Source of the DNA: a virus
Lineage: Duplodnaviria; Caudoviricetes
Virus record (IMG/VR): IMGVR_UViG_3300032069_000017
Coordinates: 1-51,251 of that record
Direction: 5' to 3' (one strand)
Length of the DNA stretch: 51,251 nt
The notes beneath the pieces are model-generated. The model was not told the DNA's origin. It saw only the letters and a list, made by a program, of their open reading frames with translations, and ran no database searches. Of the stretch, positions 9,265-19,983 are shown piece by piece. How positions within the stretch are numbered: the stretch's first letter is position 1; each line of letters begins with the position of its first letter. A program made the translations under genes and the position numbers.

Positions 9265-10482
9265 ATGCCACAATTTAGTGATGGACAAAAAATATCGGAA
9301 GCACTTGTTTGGGACCGTTTAATACAGAGTGGCCCAGCAAGTTATGTCATTTGGAAAGATGGAACACAAACAAAAGCTGAGTGTTTGCTGAAAGGCGGAA
9401 CCGACTATACTACTGGAACAGATGCAACGGTTATGCAAGCGGCAATAGACGGTTTAACCACTGGAACCATACTTGTTAAAAAAGCCACTTATTCATTATC
9501 AGTAGGCTTAATCAATCTCGCTAAAGAAATAGAAATCGTCTGTGAACCGGGAACAGTTTTTCAACCAACAGCAGCAATAAACATGATTACGTTTGATAGG
9601 GTTACCCACGTGGTTGCGGGCATAAAAAATGCGACATTAGACTTAAACAACACTGCTTCAACTGGTTTACTTTTGCTGGATAGTTGGCACACGATTAATG
9701 ATGGTTTAAAAATAATCAACGTGGGAACCAATGGTGTTGGAGTAAAAATTTATTCAACAAACAACAGTTACCTTTGCCTATCCAATTATGTTCGCTGCAG
9801 ACAAATAAAAGCTTACAGTGCACAAATAGCGGGAAGCATTGGTGTCTTAATTGATTCAGCAGGCGGAATAGCAGCGGGAACAAACAACGTTGTGGATGTT
9901 GGGTATTTAGGAGCACCATCTGTCGAAACTGGCATTAAAAATGTTGTTGGTGGCTCATCTGTTTTTCATGGAATAGTTGAAGGTTGTAAGATTGGAGCAG
10001 ACATTTCTGGAACGGCAACTCTGTTTCTCCACGAAGAAGCCAACACAACATACGGAATAATCGTTAGGACAGGAGCAAAAGTTAAAGGAATCCTTCGCTA
10101 TGCTGAAAACATCACTACCGAAGGAACAGGCAAATACATACTCATCACTGACAACCGTATCTTTTTAGGTTCAGCATCTCCAGAAGACACACCTGACATC
10201 TTTTTTAACGTTGGGGGAAGTCACACAATGACTATGGTGGGTTTAGGTGGTGGAGCAGCAATCGATTTTAAAGATACTGCTAACAAAAAACGCGTGAGAC
10301 TTGACATAAACAGCAGTGCCATCAAAACTTACAAGACAGATGAAACTGAACTTGGCGGGCTAATTGCTGGTTCCGCAGAGAACCGTCCCGTCCTTAAATT
10401 CTGGGACGTAACTGCGAACGCTTTCAAATACGCTTACATTGACAACGGAGCGTGGGTAATATCAGCTACACCGCCGACTTAA
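9265..10482 (+). CDS. Tail spike/receptor-binding protein (pectate-lyase-like beta-helix), copy A
   Basis: DATVMQAAID…GTILVKKATY start typical of beta-helix tailspikes, followed by Gly/Asn/Ile-rich coils. Confidence 0.75.
   Translation: MPQFSDGQKISEALVWDRLIQSGPASYVIWKDGTQTKAECLLKGGTDYTTGTDATVMQAAIDGLTTGTILVKKATYSLSVGLINLAKEIEIVCEPGTVFQPTAAINMITFDRVTHVVAGIKNATLDLNNTASTGLLLLDSWHTINDGLKIINVGTNGVGVKIYSTNNSYLCLSNYVRCRQIKAYSAQIAGSIGVLIDSAGGIAAGTNNVVDVGYLGAPSVETGIKNVVGGSSVFHGIVEGCKIGADISGTATLFLHEEANTTYGIIVRTGAKVKGILRYAENITTEGTGKYILITDNRIFLGSASPEDTPDIFFNVGGSHTMTMVGLGGGAAIDFKDTANKKRVRLDINSSAIKTYKTDETELGGLIAGSAENRPVLKFWDVTANAFKYAYIDNGAWVISATPPT
9566..10237 (+). repeat. 672-bp identical core of the shared spike gene, copy A
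   Basis: Matches 50580-51251 (offset 41,014) wherever compared. It is bounded by mismatches at 9565/50579 (C/G) and 10238/128 (T/G). The antisense ORFs 9716..9919 and 50730..50933 are identical. Confidence 0.93.
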
Positions 10483-10501
10483 GTAAAGTAAGTGATATTC
10501 T

Positions 10502-11062
10502 ATGGATGTTGCTCTTGCTGTCTATAATTGCTTAGTTAATGGTTGGAATAAACCACAGATTATTGATATAGCTGATTTTTTATCAGATGATTATACTGAC
10601 CCAGACTTCTTTGTTAATGATGTCTATGAACAACCTGAAAGTGGTTTACCAACTGTAACATGGAGACTAGATGAATTTGACCCTAAAAGCCCTAGCATAC
10701 AAGTGTTAATAGAAAGTTTCCCTATACGTAGTGTGTGGGTTGCTAGAGGAATATACCGGGTAGAACATAAGGTTAGAATCACTATATACCAGAAGCTTGT
10801 CCATTATAATGCTGATAGAATATCAGAGTATAAAACAAACTGGTTTAAGGTTAAGACAGAGATTGATAGAATCTTAGCTATAAATAAGTTTAGTATAACC
10901 AATATTTCTAACCTTAACTTGACTGGTGGCTGGGATGATAAGAATACTATTGCTGTTGGTAGAGGAATAAAGACTACTAAAGAACCTATAGTATGGAAGA
11001 GTGAACAGATTATTACAACGGTATATTATACTAATAAGATATTAGAAGAGGAAGTATCTTAA
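10502..11062 (+). CDS. Putative tail terminator (unit L)
   Basis: Precedes the tube gene; VRITIY…KTEIDRIL pattern. Confidence 0.55.
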   Translation: MDVALAVYNCLVNGWNKPQIIDIADFLSDDYTDPDFFVNDVYEQPESGLPTVTWRLDEFDPKSPSIQVLIESFPIRSVWVARGIYRVEHKVRITIYQKLVHYNADRISEYKTNWFKVKTEIDRILAINKFSITNISNLNLTGGWDDKNTIAVGRGIKTTKEPIVWKSEQIITTVYYTNKILEEEVS

Positions 11063-11063
11063 T

Positions 11064-11519
11064 ATGTCTTATGGTAACGTTATTATAAGACCTAAAGATA
11101 TAGAAATAGGCAGTAATGCTAATGAGCATTATCTATGGTTTGGTATAGATTCTATTAATTGGACAGATGTTACTCCTTGGGAGCATATAGAAATACCAGC
11201 AGGTCCAATGGTTCACCAACATCTTCATAGTCCCCATATAAGAGGAGAGATTAGATGCTATGATTTTGATGCTTTGTATAAAGCCTTATTTAGTACTATT
11301 ATAAATGTTAGTAATAAGACAGCTGTTAATCCAGATACTATGGCTAAATATACTGTAGACTATTTTAAAGTTAATATAGTTAATGATAAGAATGAGACTA
11401 TAGAAGTTATAATAGATGGGTTTAAAGTAGAGACTGTAGGAGTAGAAAATATTAAGTTAGGTTCAGAAGCCCTTTGGATAGTAAAGTTTTCTGCTGATAG
11501 AATAGCTTACGGAGTGTAG
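11064..11519 (+). CDS. Putative tail tube protein (unit L)
   Basis: Homologous to 1431..1919; position in the tail module. Confidence 0.6.
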   Translation: MSYGNVIIRPKDIEIGSNANEHYLWFGIDSINWTDVTPWEHIEIPAGPMVHQHLHSPHIRGEIRCYDFDALYKALFSTIINVSNKTAVNPDTMAKYTVDYFKVNIVNDKNETIEVIIDGFKVETVGVENIKLGSEALWIVKFSADRIAYGV

Positions 11520-11523
11520 CCTA

Positions 11524-11970
11524 ATGCCAAATCCGTGGGCAGATTTAATTACTGAATATATTGCTGACTTAAGAGCTAGAGTATATGCATTAGAAGCTAA
11601 ACAACAAGAACTTGAAGCAAGCCTTATGGGTAGACCGGAAGGAGAGAAACTAACAGAAGAAGAAATGGAATCGGAACGTGTAAAGGCTGTTTCTACTATT
11701 AGTATGATTGGCATGGCTAGACGTTCAGTTTATGGCTATGCTATGCTTCTAGATAGTCTGGGACTACCTAAAGACCAGAGAGAAATGATTAGACAAGTAG
11801 AAGCTAGTATTACTGCTATGATGAGGCTTATGCAAGCAGTTAGAGCAACAGAACTTGCTATACAAGCATTTGAAGCTGGTATGGGTCCAATAGGATGGGT
11901 GTACTTAGCTATGTCTGGTGGTATGTATGCTGCTACTATTATGTATGGAAGTAAAACATTAGGGGGTTAA
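11524..11970 (+). CDS. Minimal tape-measure-like protein (148 aa)
   Basis: Helical, with LGLP and GPIGW motifs shared with 2287..2595. Confidence 0.55.
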   Translation: MPNPWADLITEYIADLRARVYALEAKQQELEASLMGRPEGEKLTEEEMESERVKAVSTISMIGMARRSVYGYAMLLDSLGLPKDQREMIRQVEASITAMMRLMQAVRATELAIQAFEAGMGPIGWVYLAMSGGMYAATIMYGSKTLGG

Positions 11971-11974
11971 AGCA

Positions 11975-12175
11975 ATAACTGATTACTATAGGACAATAAT
12001 AGATTATATAGGTGAATTAGATAATAGATTAAAAATAGCTAATTTTTATAAAATTTTTACTGAAATAATAGAATTAAAGGATAGAAAGTTTAAGCTATGG
12101 AACTGGTTTAGGCTTCATTTAAAATATAAGTACAAAGAGCATCCTGAAGAATCTACTGGTAAGAGTGGTGGTTAG
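11975..12175 (+). CDS. Short paralogue of the 12180 repeat protein, probable ATA start
   Basis: Read manually: (I)TDYYRTIIDYIGELDNRLKIANFYKIFTEIIELKD…YKYKEHPEESTGKSGG, matching the repeats and KEHP…KSG tail of 12180..12821. No ATG/GTG/TTG is in frame. Confidence 0.65.
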   Translation: MTDYYRTIIDYIGELDNRLKIANFYKIFTEIIELKDRKFKLWNWFRLHLKYKYKEHPEESTGKSGG

Positions 12176-12179
12176 TTAA

Positions 12180-12821
12180 ATGCCAGAAACAGTACCAGCA
12201 GACTTTGACTATAATGATTTTGAGCCAGCGGACTTTAAGACTGATGCACAGTTTGAAGAATCACTTATAGATAAAATTGGTAACTTGTATGTTTGGAATA
12301 GAATGGTTACTAGGTATAGACTATTCTTAGATAAGAATGGTTTAACAGATACAAGATTAAGAACTAGTACTCTTTATAGAGTATTTATAGATAAGGTTGG
12401 TAATTTAGATAGTAAAACCACTCTAAGAAGGATATATAGAAGTATAACTGATAGTATAGGCTTATTAGATGCTAGACAGAGAATAGCTAGTATGCATAGG
12501 AGTTTTATAGATAAGATAGGTGAATATGATGTTTTTAATACAGTACTAGGTACGGTTACTCATTTCTTTAGAACCATATATGAATTCTTAGGGTGCTTAG
12601 ATGCACGTAGTAGAATAAGTAGTTTACATAGATTATTTACTGAAGAAGTGGAGTTAAAAGATACTAAATTAAAAACCGTTACCCTTTATAGAATATTCAT
12701 AGAGAAACTTAGCAGTATTACTGTACTTAGCTTTATATATCGCCATTCAATATTATATTATATATACAAGTACTTGCATAAAGAACATCCTAAACAGAAG
12801 ATACAGAAGAGTGGTATTTAA
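12180..12821 (+). CDS. Tail-associated protein with about 20-aa tandem repeats
   Basis: Roughly eight repeats of the type YRxFxDKIGxLD. Confidence 0.65.
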   Translation: MPETVPADFDYNDFEPADFKTDAQFEESLIDKIGNLYVWNRMVTRYRLFLDKNGLTDTRLRTSTLYRVFIDKVGNLDSKTTLRRIYRSITDSIGLLDARQRIASMHRSFIDKIGEYDVFNTVLGTVTHFFRTIYEFLGCLDARSRISSLHRLFTEEVELKDTKLKTVTLYRIFIEKLSSITVLSFIYRHSILYYIYKYLHKEHPKQKIQKSGI

Positions 12822-15196
12822 TGGATAGTAGAATATTAAGACAAGTAAAGATAGGGGAAGACCCAGATATTACAGATGACAGTATAAGTACGTTAGTTAC
12901 TTTACCAGAGAATGGTATTAGTACTTGTATCATAACTGCTAATAATGATGCTGGTAAGAACTATCTAGCCCACTTTAAACTGCTTGATGAAGTAACTGTT
13001 AAATATGCTTATGAAGAAGATAATCCAGTATGGGATAATATAAACCCGGTATTTAGAGGCAATATTATAGAACTTACTCCTTCTATGACTAGAACTGGAG
13101 AAGTAGTTTCAGTTATAGCTATAAATATTGGTTACTGCCTTAAACAAATGAGAGTAGCTACTGAATACGGAACTCAAGCTATTATTACTGATATTAATCC
13201 TATACATGATGCATGGACTGATAGTTTAACACCTACTGATGGTGTATGGGATAAAGGGAGTGCAGACAATGTTCTTAGTCTAGATTCAGGTATTAAAGTT
13301 TATGGTCAGTATAGTATTAAGACTATAGCTGGAGCAGATGGTACTCCGTATCCATACTTTACATTAAATAGTGGTAAAGAAGTTAATGCTAATAATTATT
13401 CTTATTTAGACTTCTACTGTAGATTTACTGAAGCATCTAATGATTTAAGGGTTATCCTATCAGATATAAATAATAAACAAGCTTCTATTTGGGTATTTGG
13501 TGCTACTCCCCAGAATGGTGCTTGGTATGCTAAATCATTAGATATAACTTTAACAGGGAGAGCTAGTTGGACTGTTGATGCTGGATTTGACTGGACAAAG
13601 ATTAAGAAGATATGGTTTAATGCTTTTACTGCTAGTACTGGTGCATTATGGATTGATGTAGTTTACTTTGACACTATGCCGTTAATCCCAGAAACTTTAA
13701 GACAGATACTACTTAATTCTAATAATGGTTTAATAAATAGATATATAGAGAAGATACTTAATACTGAAATTAATTCTGGTTACAGTTTAGACACGAACTA
13801 TGTGTATAATGACTTAAGTACATATTCTTACTTAAACTTTCCTTACCAAGATGCTTTTATGTGTTTACAAGACCTTATAAGGTTAGGTTCTAGTTTACAT
13901 TATGTAGCTAGTCCAAGTAGTTGGAAAGGTCTACACTGGATAATAACTCAAGATGGTAAACTAGTAATTGCTCCCGTAGGAGACCATCATGTTGAAGGTG
14001 CAACTGGTAAATGGATAGATAGTATATGGGCTATTAGAGTATCTAATGAACCTTTAGTAGTTAGAGAGGATATGATTACACAGAACTTTAAGACTGAAAT
14101 ACCATTAGCTAATTACATATTAGTAGCTGGTAAGTTTATTTATCCAATAAATGAATATTGGACTGAAGGACATAGTGAATTATGGTCAAAGACCAATCCT
14201 AATAATTGGGTAAATGGTACTATAACAAATGATTACGTAAATAAGGTTGGTGGCAATTCTTCCCTTAAAGTAGATTCTGGTGGTGATGTTGGTACTACAG
14301 TAATAGGTATTATTCACGAGAATGAAGATATAGACATAGCAAAGACAAGTACTAAGAATAGCATACCTAAACTTCTAGTGTCTATTCGTAAGGAAGCTTT
14401 AGGCAATTTCTTAAAGATTAGACTATGTACCACTGACACTAATAACTACTTTGAACTGGATATAACTAATAAACTAAAAACTGATGATGAGTGGGCTATA
14501 TTAGAAATAGAACTTAGTGATTATGCAAAGACTGATATATGGACTAAAGTTGGAAACCCCGGTTGGAATCATATAAACAAAATATGGTTCTATATGCAGA
14601 CTCCAGCAATTGGTCATCTTATTATTTGGTTTGATGGTTTAGAAATTGCTAATAACTGTATTAGAGGGGCATACATATCTGACTGTGGACAACCCACCAT
14701 TGATACTTGTACTAAAGGATGTATTAAACATTATAACTGTAGATTCTTAACTATTAAGGATAGTCTAGCTAGTACAGATAATTTAGACCCAGCTAATGAT
14801 AGTAGCCCTTTAGCACAATTAGCGTTATATGAACTACTACGTAACCGTATAATAAGAACTACTGGACAGATAACTATACCATTAGACCCTAGCATAACGC
14901 CCGGTCAGTTAATACACATTCATGCTTGCTATGATGAAGCAAATAGTATGTATAGAATAGATAGGGACTTTAGAATTACAGAAGTACAACATAACTTTAT
15001 TATTAGTGGAACTGTAACCTTATTGAAACTAGTAGATGATTTACTTAATAGTATTCCTATAGATACCATGGACCCGTATAGTATAACTATGAGAGCTATT
15101 AATCCAGACTTCCAAACCAGAACCTATGCTAGCCTTAAAACTGGTGGAGACTTTATAACCTCACAGAAACCCATAAGCAAAGACTACACTAATTAG
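12821..15196 (+). CDS. Baseplate hub/tail-tip protein with two carbohydrate-binding-like inserts (unit L)
   Basis: Homologous to 2597..4381. The inserts end in DWTKIKKIWF and WNHINKIWF. Confidence 0.7.
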   Translation: MDSRILRQVKIGEDPDITDDSISTLVTLPENGISTCIITANNDAGKNYLAHFKLLDEVTVKYAYEEDNPVWDNINPVFRGNIIELTPSMTRTGEVVSVIAINIGYCLKQMRVATEYGTQAIITDINPIHDAWTDSLTPTDGVWDKGSADNVLSLDSGIKVYGQYSIKTIAGADGTPYPYFTLNSGKEVNANNYSYLDFYCRFTEASNDLRVILSDINNKQASIWVFGATPQNGAWYAKSLDITLTGRASWTVDAGFDWTKIKKIWFNAFTASTGALWIDVVYFDTMPLIPETLRQILLNSNNGLINRYIEKILNTEINSGYSLDTNYVYNDLSTYSYLNFPYQDAFMCLQDLIRLGSSLHYVASPSSWKGLHWIITQDGKLVIAPVGDHHVEGATGKWIDSIWAIRVSNEPLVVREDMITQNFKTEIPLANYILVAGKFIYPINEYWTEGHSELWSKTNPNNWVNGTITNDYVNKVGGNSSLKVDSGGDVGTTVIGIIHENEDIDIAKTSTKNSIPKLLVSIRKEALGNFLKIRLCTTDTNNYFELDITNKLKTDDEWAILEIELSDYAKTDIWTKVGNPGWNHINKIWFYMQTPAIGHLIIWFDGLEIANNCIRGAYISDCGQPTIDTCTKGCIKHYNCRFLTIKDSLASTDNLDPANDSSPLAQLALYELLRNRIIRTTGQITIPLDPSITPGQLIHIHACYDEANSMYRIDRDFRITEVQHNFIISGTVTLLKLVDDLLNSIPIDTMDPYSITMRAINPDFQTRTYASLKTGGDFITSQKPISKDYTN

Positions 15197-15243
15197 TAAG
15201 CTTTAAATAGTTTATTATACACTATTATTAGTAGGTAAATAAT

Positions 15244-15609
15244 ATGTATGAAGATATAATTAAAGGAATAGCATTAGGAGCATTCTATGGTGCGCAAGCA
15301 GCTCTGATTGGTTACTTAAAGTCTGATGAACTAGAACAAAGCTGGAGAGTGGTTCTTACTAAGAAGTTCTGGGAATCCTTTGAACCAACTAAAGCCATAA
15401 AGACTATTGTTGTTGGTGCGGCAATGGGCGGTTTTACACAAGGACAAATCTATGGTATAATACCAGCAGACCCAATAGTTAGTAACTTTGGATATGATAT
15501 TATAGTAATGGGTGTTGACCAGTTTGTTAAGTTCATTGTACGTAGAACACCGCTTGTACGATTATGGAACGCGCTTAAAGAGAAAGTCTTAAAGCTACCG
15601 GTACAGTAA
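15244..15609 (+). CDS. Membrane protein, possible holin
   Basis: Hydrophobic segments, last gene of the virion block, own TTTAAATA promoter at about 15202. Confidence 0.45.
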   Translation: MYEDIIKGIALGAFYGAQAALIGYLKSDELEQSWRVVLTKKFWESFEPTKAIKTIVVGAAMGGFTQGQIYGIIPADPIVSNFGYDIIVMGVDQFVKFIVRRTPLVRLWNALKEKVLKLPVQ

Positions 15610-16269
15610 AGGGTACCTTCTAGGGGTATGCTACTAATATTCTATCTATATCCCATTTTATTATACTATCTTATTTTTATTACTACTAATGAGTGTAACT
15701 GCAGGTGCCATTTTCAGCATTAACTTAGGATAAAATTAGAAAACCAACTAGCAGTACCAACCAGCGGTTTAACTTTGGGGGCACGACCAACCGCCAGTGA
15801 CAACTGATAGTACAATAGATAGTTCTGCTCTAATAAATTGTAGTTTAACTGGTAGGTATAACTGGTAGTTTAAAACGATGGTAAATGATACTGATAGTTA
15901 AACCGGTAATAGAACTACAATATTCTATAGTTAAACTTTGTATGGTCCTCACCGGTTGGTCCCTATGATATAATTATACTGCTGGTTTAACCGGTACTTA
16001 AGGCTAGGCTTATAAGCTGATTCTACCTATAGTTTAACTAGTATATTAGTATTCTATTACTGGTTAGTGGCACTGCCGAAGGAACTGGGGGAGGGACTGA
16101 GGGAGTGTCCTTGTATATGCTTTTGTATATAGATACTAGATTGTATAGGTAAGTCTATTACTTTAAATACTTTACCTATATAGGCGGTTTAACTTTTTAG
16201 TATATAAGGCTTTTAAAAGCTTAAATACTAGACCTACTATAGGCTAGGCTAGGTAAGAAGGTTAGAAGA
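15610..16269. other. Long non-coding region of unit L (candidate origin or packaging region and early promoter)
   Basis: No ORF. Repeated GTTTAAC/GTTAAAC words, GCGGTTTAACTTT at 15764 and 16184, and TATA-like TTTAAATA and CTTAAATA near its 3' end. Confidence 0.55.
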
Positions 16270-16599
16270 ATGGTAAGTAAACTTTACTTAGAAAAGCTTA
16301 AAGAAGAATTAGTAAGTAAGCTTAAGCTATCTAGTAAGAAGATAGTAGTAAGTTCTTCTAGTTCTAAGAAGGTTATAGCCTATTATTCTAAGCTTAATTC
16401 TACCTTAGGAAAAGCTAAGTATAAAGAACTAGAAGTTAAACTAACAAAAGAAGAACTAGAAGAATTAGAAGAATACTTTGATGAATACCTAGAAGGTTGT
16501 ACAGATTTTTGTAATAGTAAGTTTTATTATCTTAATAGTCTTTTAGGAATCTTAGAAACTTTATTAGATACTAGTTTTAATATAGAATTTACTAATTAA
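16270..16599 (+). CDS. Hypothetical early protein
   Basis: First ORF after the non-coding region, with an AGGT RBS. Confidence 0.55.
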   Translation: MVSKLYLEKLKEELVSKLKLSSKKIVVSSSSSKKVIAYYSKLNSTLGKAKYKELEVKLTKEELEELEEYFDEYLEGCTDFCNSKFYYLNSLLGILETLLDTSFNIEFTN

Positions 16600-16780
16600 A
16601 GAAGGTTAGAAAAATGAAAATAGGAGATTATAAAGATAGAATAGCTATAGAAACTAAATCTAGAATACTAAGATTATACTGTACTATGAAAGAAGAATAT
16701 AATCCTCATGATAGTATAACAGATATAGGAACTAGAAAACAGAGAAAAGGCTTTAAAAGAAATAGGAGAATTAAAGTAAA

Positions 16781-17212
16781 ATGAATAAACTAACTAAGCT
16801 AAGTAAAGTAGAACTTAGTAGAAAACCCTTAGAATGCTGTTCTATTTGTAAAAAATTCTTTACTAAAGATAAACTAGAAAAGTGGGGAGACTATTACTTC
16901 TGTGAATCCTGTATTAAACTAATAAAAATGTTCTATGGAAAACCAAAAGATAGAATAGATATAGTAATTCCAAGAATATCTTATAGTCCCTTTCGTAATA
17001 CCGGTTGGGTACCGGAAGGTATAAAACTTTATGGTTTTAAGGAAGAAGACTTTAACTATACTTTAGTTTGTATTAGCCATGAAACCCTCCATTATGTTAT
17101 TAATAAAATAGAAGGTTTAAGGGCTAGTTATAATTTTGATAGTCTAGCCCACAATAAGATTTATGGTACTCCTTTAGCTGATGGTATATTTCTAGAAGGT
17201 AAAGAAGAATGA
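16781..17212 (+). CDS. Zn-finger plus HExxH (zincin-like) protein
   Basis: CSIC…CESC and HETLH. Confidence 0.55.
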   Translation: MNKLTKLSKVELSRKPLECCSICKKFFTKDKLEKWGDYYFCESCIKLIKMFYGKPKDRIDIVIPRISYSPFRNTGWVPEGIKLYGFKEEDFNYTLVCISHETLHYVINKIEGLRASYNFDSLAHNKIYGTPLADGIFLEGKEE

Positions 17213-17524
17213 AAGTTAAAACAGCCTTAAGTATAGTAGGAATAAGCTTAACTATTCTGGGTTGGCTTATCTACTGGCTTAAACTAATGGGATGGTAAGA
17301 ATGATAAACTTAGCTAATAGTGAAACTTTAATAATAATCTTACTAATCTTAGCTAGTTTAGGAATAATGTTAATGGAATACTTAGAATATTTAGATAAGA
17401 AGGTGGAAACTAATGAAAGTTAAACTGAAGGATAGAACTATAGGTAGTCACAAACTGCCTAAAGACTTATATACTAAGCCGTTATCTTATAGTAATCGTA
17501 AAAGAAAAATGGAAGTAAAATAAA

Positions 17525-17758
17525 ATGAGAATAAATAGAAAAGATTTGGAAGTAGTAATACAAAGATTAAATAAAATGAGTAAACAGAAATATAGACTAG
17601 ATGGAGCTTATGGTGGCTGGCAATTAGTTTATGAAATTGAAGACACTACAGCTATTAACCAAGTAACCTATGGCTTTAAACCGGCTAGAGAACTATATGA
17701 TATAATCTATGCTATAATAAGATATATAGAAATAGAATCTAAAAAGAATGTGGAATAA
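17525..17758 (+). CDS. Hypothetical phage protein
   Basis: LDGAYGGWQLV motif; member of a run of small early ORFs. Confidence 0.55.
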   Translation: MRINRKDLEVVIQRLNKMSKQKYRLDGAYGGWQLVYEIEDTTAINQVTYGFKPARELYDIIYAIIRYIEIESKKNVE

Positions 17759-18571
17759 ATGAATAAAAATAAATGGTCTAAGGAACTAAAGGAAAAGGTA
17801 ATGAAGTACTATCTTAAAGGAAACTTAGAGGATTTAATAGAACTTATTAATTGGGCTAAGGAAGAACAACAAATAGAAGATTATGAAGAATGTGAATATT
17901 GTGGGGAGTCTGTAGAATGATAGTAAAAATAGGAAGATACTGTTTCGTAAATAAGGAAGCCTTAGAATCTTTACTAAAAACTGGATTAGTAAAGGAATAT
18001 GACTTTAGCCCAGAAGCTAGAGAAAAGCATGATGAAGAAGCTATATTTAATAAGGATAAAATAAAGATTAAAGTTACAGATAAGGAAATAAAGGAATACT
18101 GGAGTAAGAAACTTAGAGAAACTAAGGAACAGAAGCATATTGAAGTAGGTAAAGAAAAGGTAGCTAATCCTTGGATGGGAAATTAAATGGCTAAAGCTTA
18201 TAATCATAAATTAGTTTGTTCTAAGTGCGGTCATTTAGGATGTTTTCATTATTGGGCTGGTAAAGGTCATTGTAGTATTAAGGAATGTAAATGTGATGGT
18301 GGAAAATATAGTAAGAAAACTAAGCAAACTAACTTAGTAGAAGATTATAAGTTTCCAGATACTAAGAATAGGTTTAAACTTGGAGAAAAATAGGTATGGA
18401 TATAAAAGAAGAAGTTAAGAAAAGTTTAAAAGAGGAAAACTTAGGTTTCTGCTTAGGATACTTAGAGAATATACTTATAGATGGTTTAGTATGGAAGTAT
18501 GGATTCAGTGAAGAGGAGGCAAAAGAACTAATAGAAATAGTAATGCAGAAATATATTAAGGGAGAATAAAT

Positions 18572-18982
18572 ATGAATACAATAAGATATGAAGGTAAGAT
18601 GACAGATTGTTTTCCATCATGGGTTTGGGAAGTAGCTACTGATTACCTACAGAATCCATTTGACTATACTAAAATAATAGATTACCTAAAGAATAAACAT
18701 GGTAAGAAAAGACCTAAGATTATATGGACTACTATAGAAGAAATAACTACTGCACCGGCTATAAGTAAACCTAAGCTTCAGCTATTTCAGTTAGATACTG
18801 GTAAAAATAGTAATAATGGAAAAACTTACTATACTAAGCTACAGACTATATTCACTATAGAAAATACTAACTATCATATAGACCAAGAAGTACTAATATA
18901 CGTTAGTGAATTACTAAGTCAAGTACTAGAAAGAAAGGTTTATCTTTATGAAGATGATAATTTAGTAGTAGAGGTTGAATAA
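18572..18982 (+). CDS. Hypothetical protein
   Basis: GGGAG RBS; ORF in the early cluster. Confidence 0.55.
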   Translation: MNTIRYEGKMTDCFPSWVWEVATDYLQNPFDYTKIIDYLKNKHGKKRPKIIWTTIEEITTAPAISKPKLQLFQLDTGKNSNNGKTYYTKLQTIFTIENTNYHIDQEVLIYVSELLSQVLERKVYLYEDDNLVVEVE

Positions 18983-19983
18983 ATGAAGTGTCCTAAATGT
19001 GGTTATCCTAGAATAAAATATAATACTAAGAAACAAATTACTAAGTCTAGAGAAGGAAAGAAAATATCTAATAAAATAGACTTTAAGGCAAAATGTAAAA
19101 GGTGTGGATGGGAAGGAATTATTAATGGCTAAACTGAATTTACAGAAACTTAGGAAAGAATGCTCTAATATTCCTATACTACATCATCATAATATTGAAT
19201 TCAGTCATGGTAAGAATAAGCATAAGGAGAAATAAAATGACTAAGTTTCTATATGATTTAGTTATAGAAGGATGTATAAGCTTTAATGAATATAAAAGAA
19301 TAAAGGGGGAAAAGAGTAAATGATAGCTATTATTATCTTTATACTATTATGCTTAATACTATTAGGATTAGCAATATATGCTACTATAGAATGGTGAAAT
19401 AATGAACTACATAGTATTATATATTTTACTGGGTTGGGCTTTATTTCTTATGGTAGGATTCTTCTATAGCTTACTTATTAAGCCTAAGAAACCTATTAGT
19501 ACTAAGAAACTTAATAATAAACCTTTAAAGAAGAACTATAATAAAGAATATAATGCTTATGCTATCTGTAGGGCTATGCAAAAGAAGTATAGATGGACAG
19601 AAGAAAAGTATAAAAGGTGTGTTAAGAAAGTATTAAGTAGAAGATAATAAGTATGATGTTTAAGACTCCGGATGGCACTTATTCTTATCCAGAAATAGTT
19701 GCTTTAAGATGTATAATAACTTATTCACAGTATATAGTCTTTAATGGATATGAAGTACTAGAACATGAAAAGAGGGATACGGTAGTAGAAGAATGGCTTG
19801 CTGGAATAATTAAACTAGCTATGAATACTAAAGAAGCTGAGAATATGTTAAGAAAATATAAAGAGAGGGATGACTATGTTAGATAGTTTATTTTGGAATA
19901 TTATACTTCTATTCTGGTTATTAATAGCCTTCATAGTAATGGCAGGAATAGTTTTAAGTTGGCTAACTAAGAAGGGATATTAA

